A stretch of 51,363 nucleotides of DNA, counting the filler, from Sphacelaria rigidula (lineage: Eukaryota): NCBI GenBank assembly GCA_964200075.2. It is 4 parts of 4 records of this genome, joined end to end, with 100 filler letters (N's around TTAATTAATTAA, not from the genome) between each part and the next. Parts side by side here need not be neighbours in the genome. Positions count along the whole stretch, not along the records: positions 38,599 to 51,363 come from CAXNAA020003435.1; 3 more parts are not named here. The stretch is one strand, 5' to 3'. A program made the position numbers and the translations under genes. The stretch's first letter is position 1. Each line of letters starts with the position of its first letter. The notes beneath the pieces were generated by a model. It did no database searches. It was not told the DNA's origin and saw nothing but the letters and a program-made list of their open reading frames with translations. Shown here one piece after another: positions 51,009-51,363 of the stretch.

Positions 51009-51363
51009 GTTTTGCTTCTTTATATCGGCCATGCTACGATAGGGGGGGGGGGGGCGGAGGTATTTTGGGCCGTTCGCTTTCACGAAATTCCACTCAATCG
51101 CCGTTGAAAGCAGCCAATAGTTGTTCGAACGCGCTTGGTCCCGATAAGCAACTCTCGTTCATACCGCTTTCCACCGCGTTTTCCCCAAATCAAAAACAAG
51201 CGCACCGCGAGTGTTTCAGGTCGTTTAACGCATCTATGAGCACATTTTCCCATGGAATCGACCCCCCCCCCCTACCAGATAATAAGGCTACTCATTGTAG
51301 GCTGTCATCCAAATGCAAGATATTCAGTAGGCTTTGGGCCGAACAATCTTCGCAGGATGCAGC

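Overview
Eukaryotic, intron-rich, repeat-rich DNA, most likely a brown alga (inferred from intron style and repeat families). The window is not one locus. It is four contigs of 12767, 12766, 12765 and 12765 bp joined by N44-TTAATTAATTAA-N44 linkers, so adjacency across linkers has no biological meaning. Contig 1 holds nine phase-0 internal exons of a calnexin gene (+) with MITEs and a LINE fragment in its introns. Contig 2 is a decayed minus-strand Ty3/Gypsy element: gag-like region, protease, RT and RNase H, no integrase core, then a chromodomain plus a Tudor-like domain, with two very unequal LTRs and no tRNA-type PBS. Contig 3 starts with a terminal exon carrying the same Tudor-like 'KL-x4-Y-x8-GSW-x-L' domain. 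It also holds a young non-autonomous LTR element (two mismatches over 577 bp of LTR, intact PBS and PPT, decayed gag-protease, no RT or integrase) and a ~420-bp foldback biased to G-U pairs. Contig 4 holds an unannotated minus-strand multi-exon gene (EF-hand-like, C2H2 finger, SH3b-like) plus MITEs. Six fragments of one LINE family all abut C/G-rich tracts or contig ends. All alignments and counts were made by eye.
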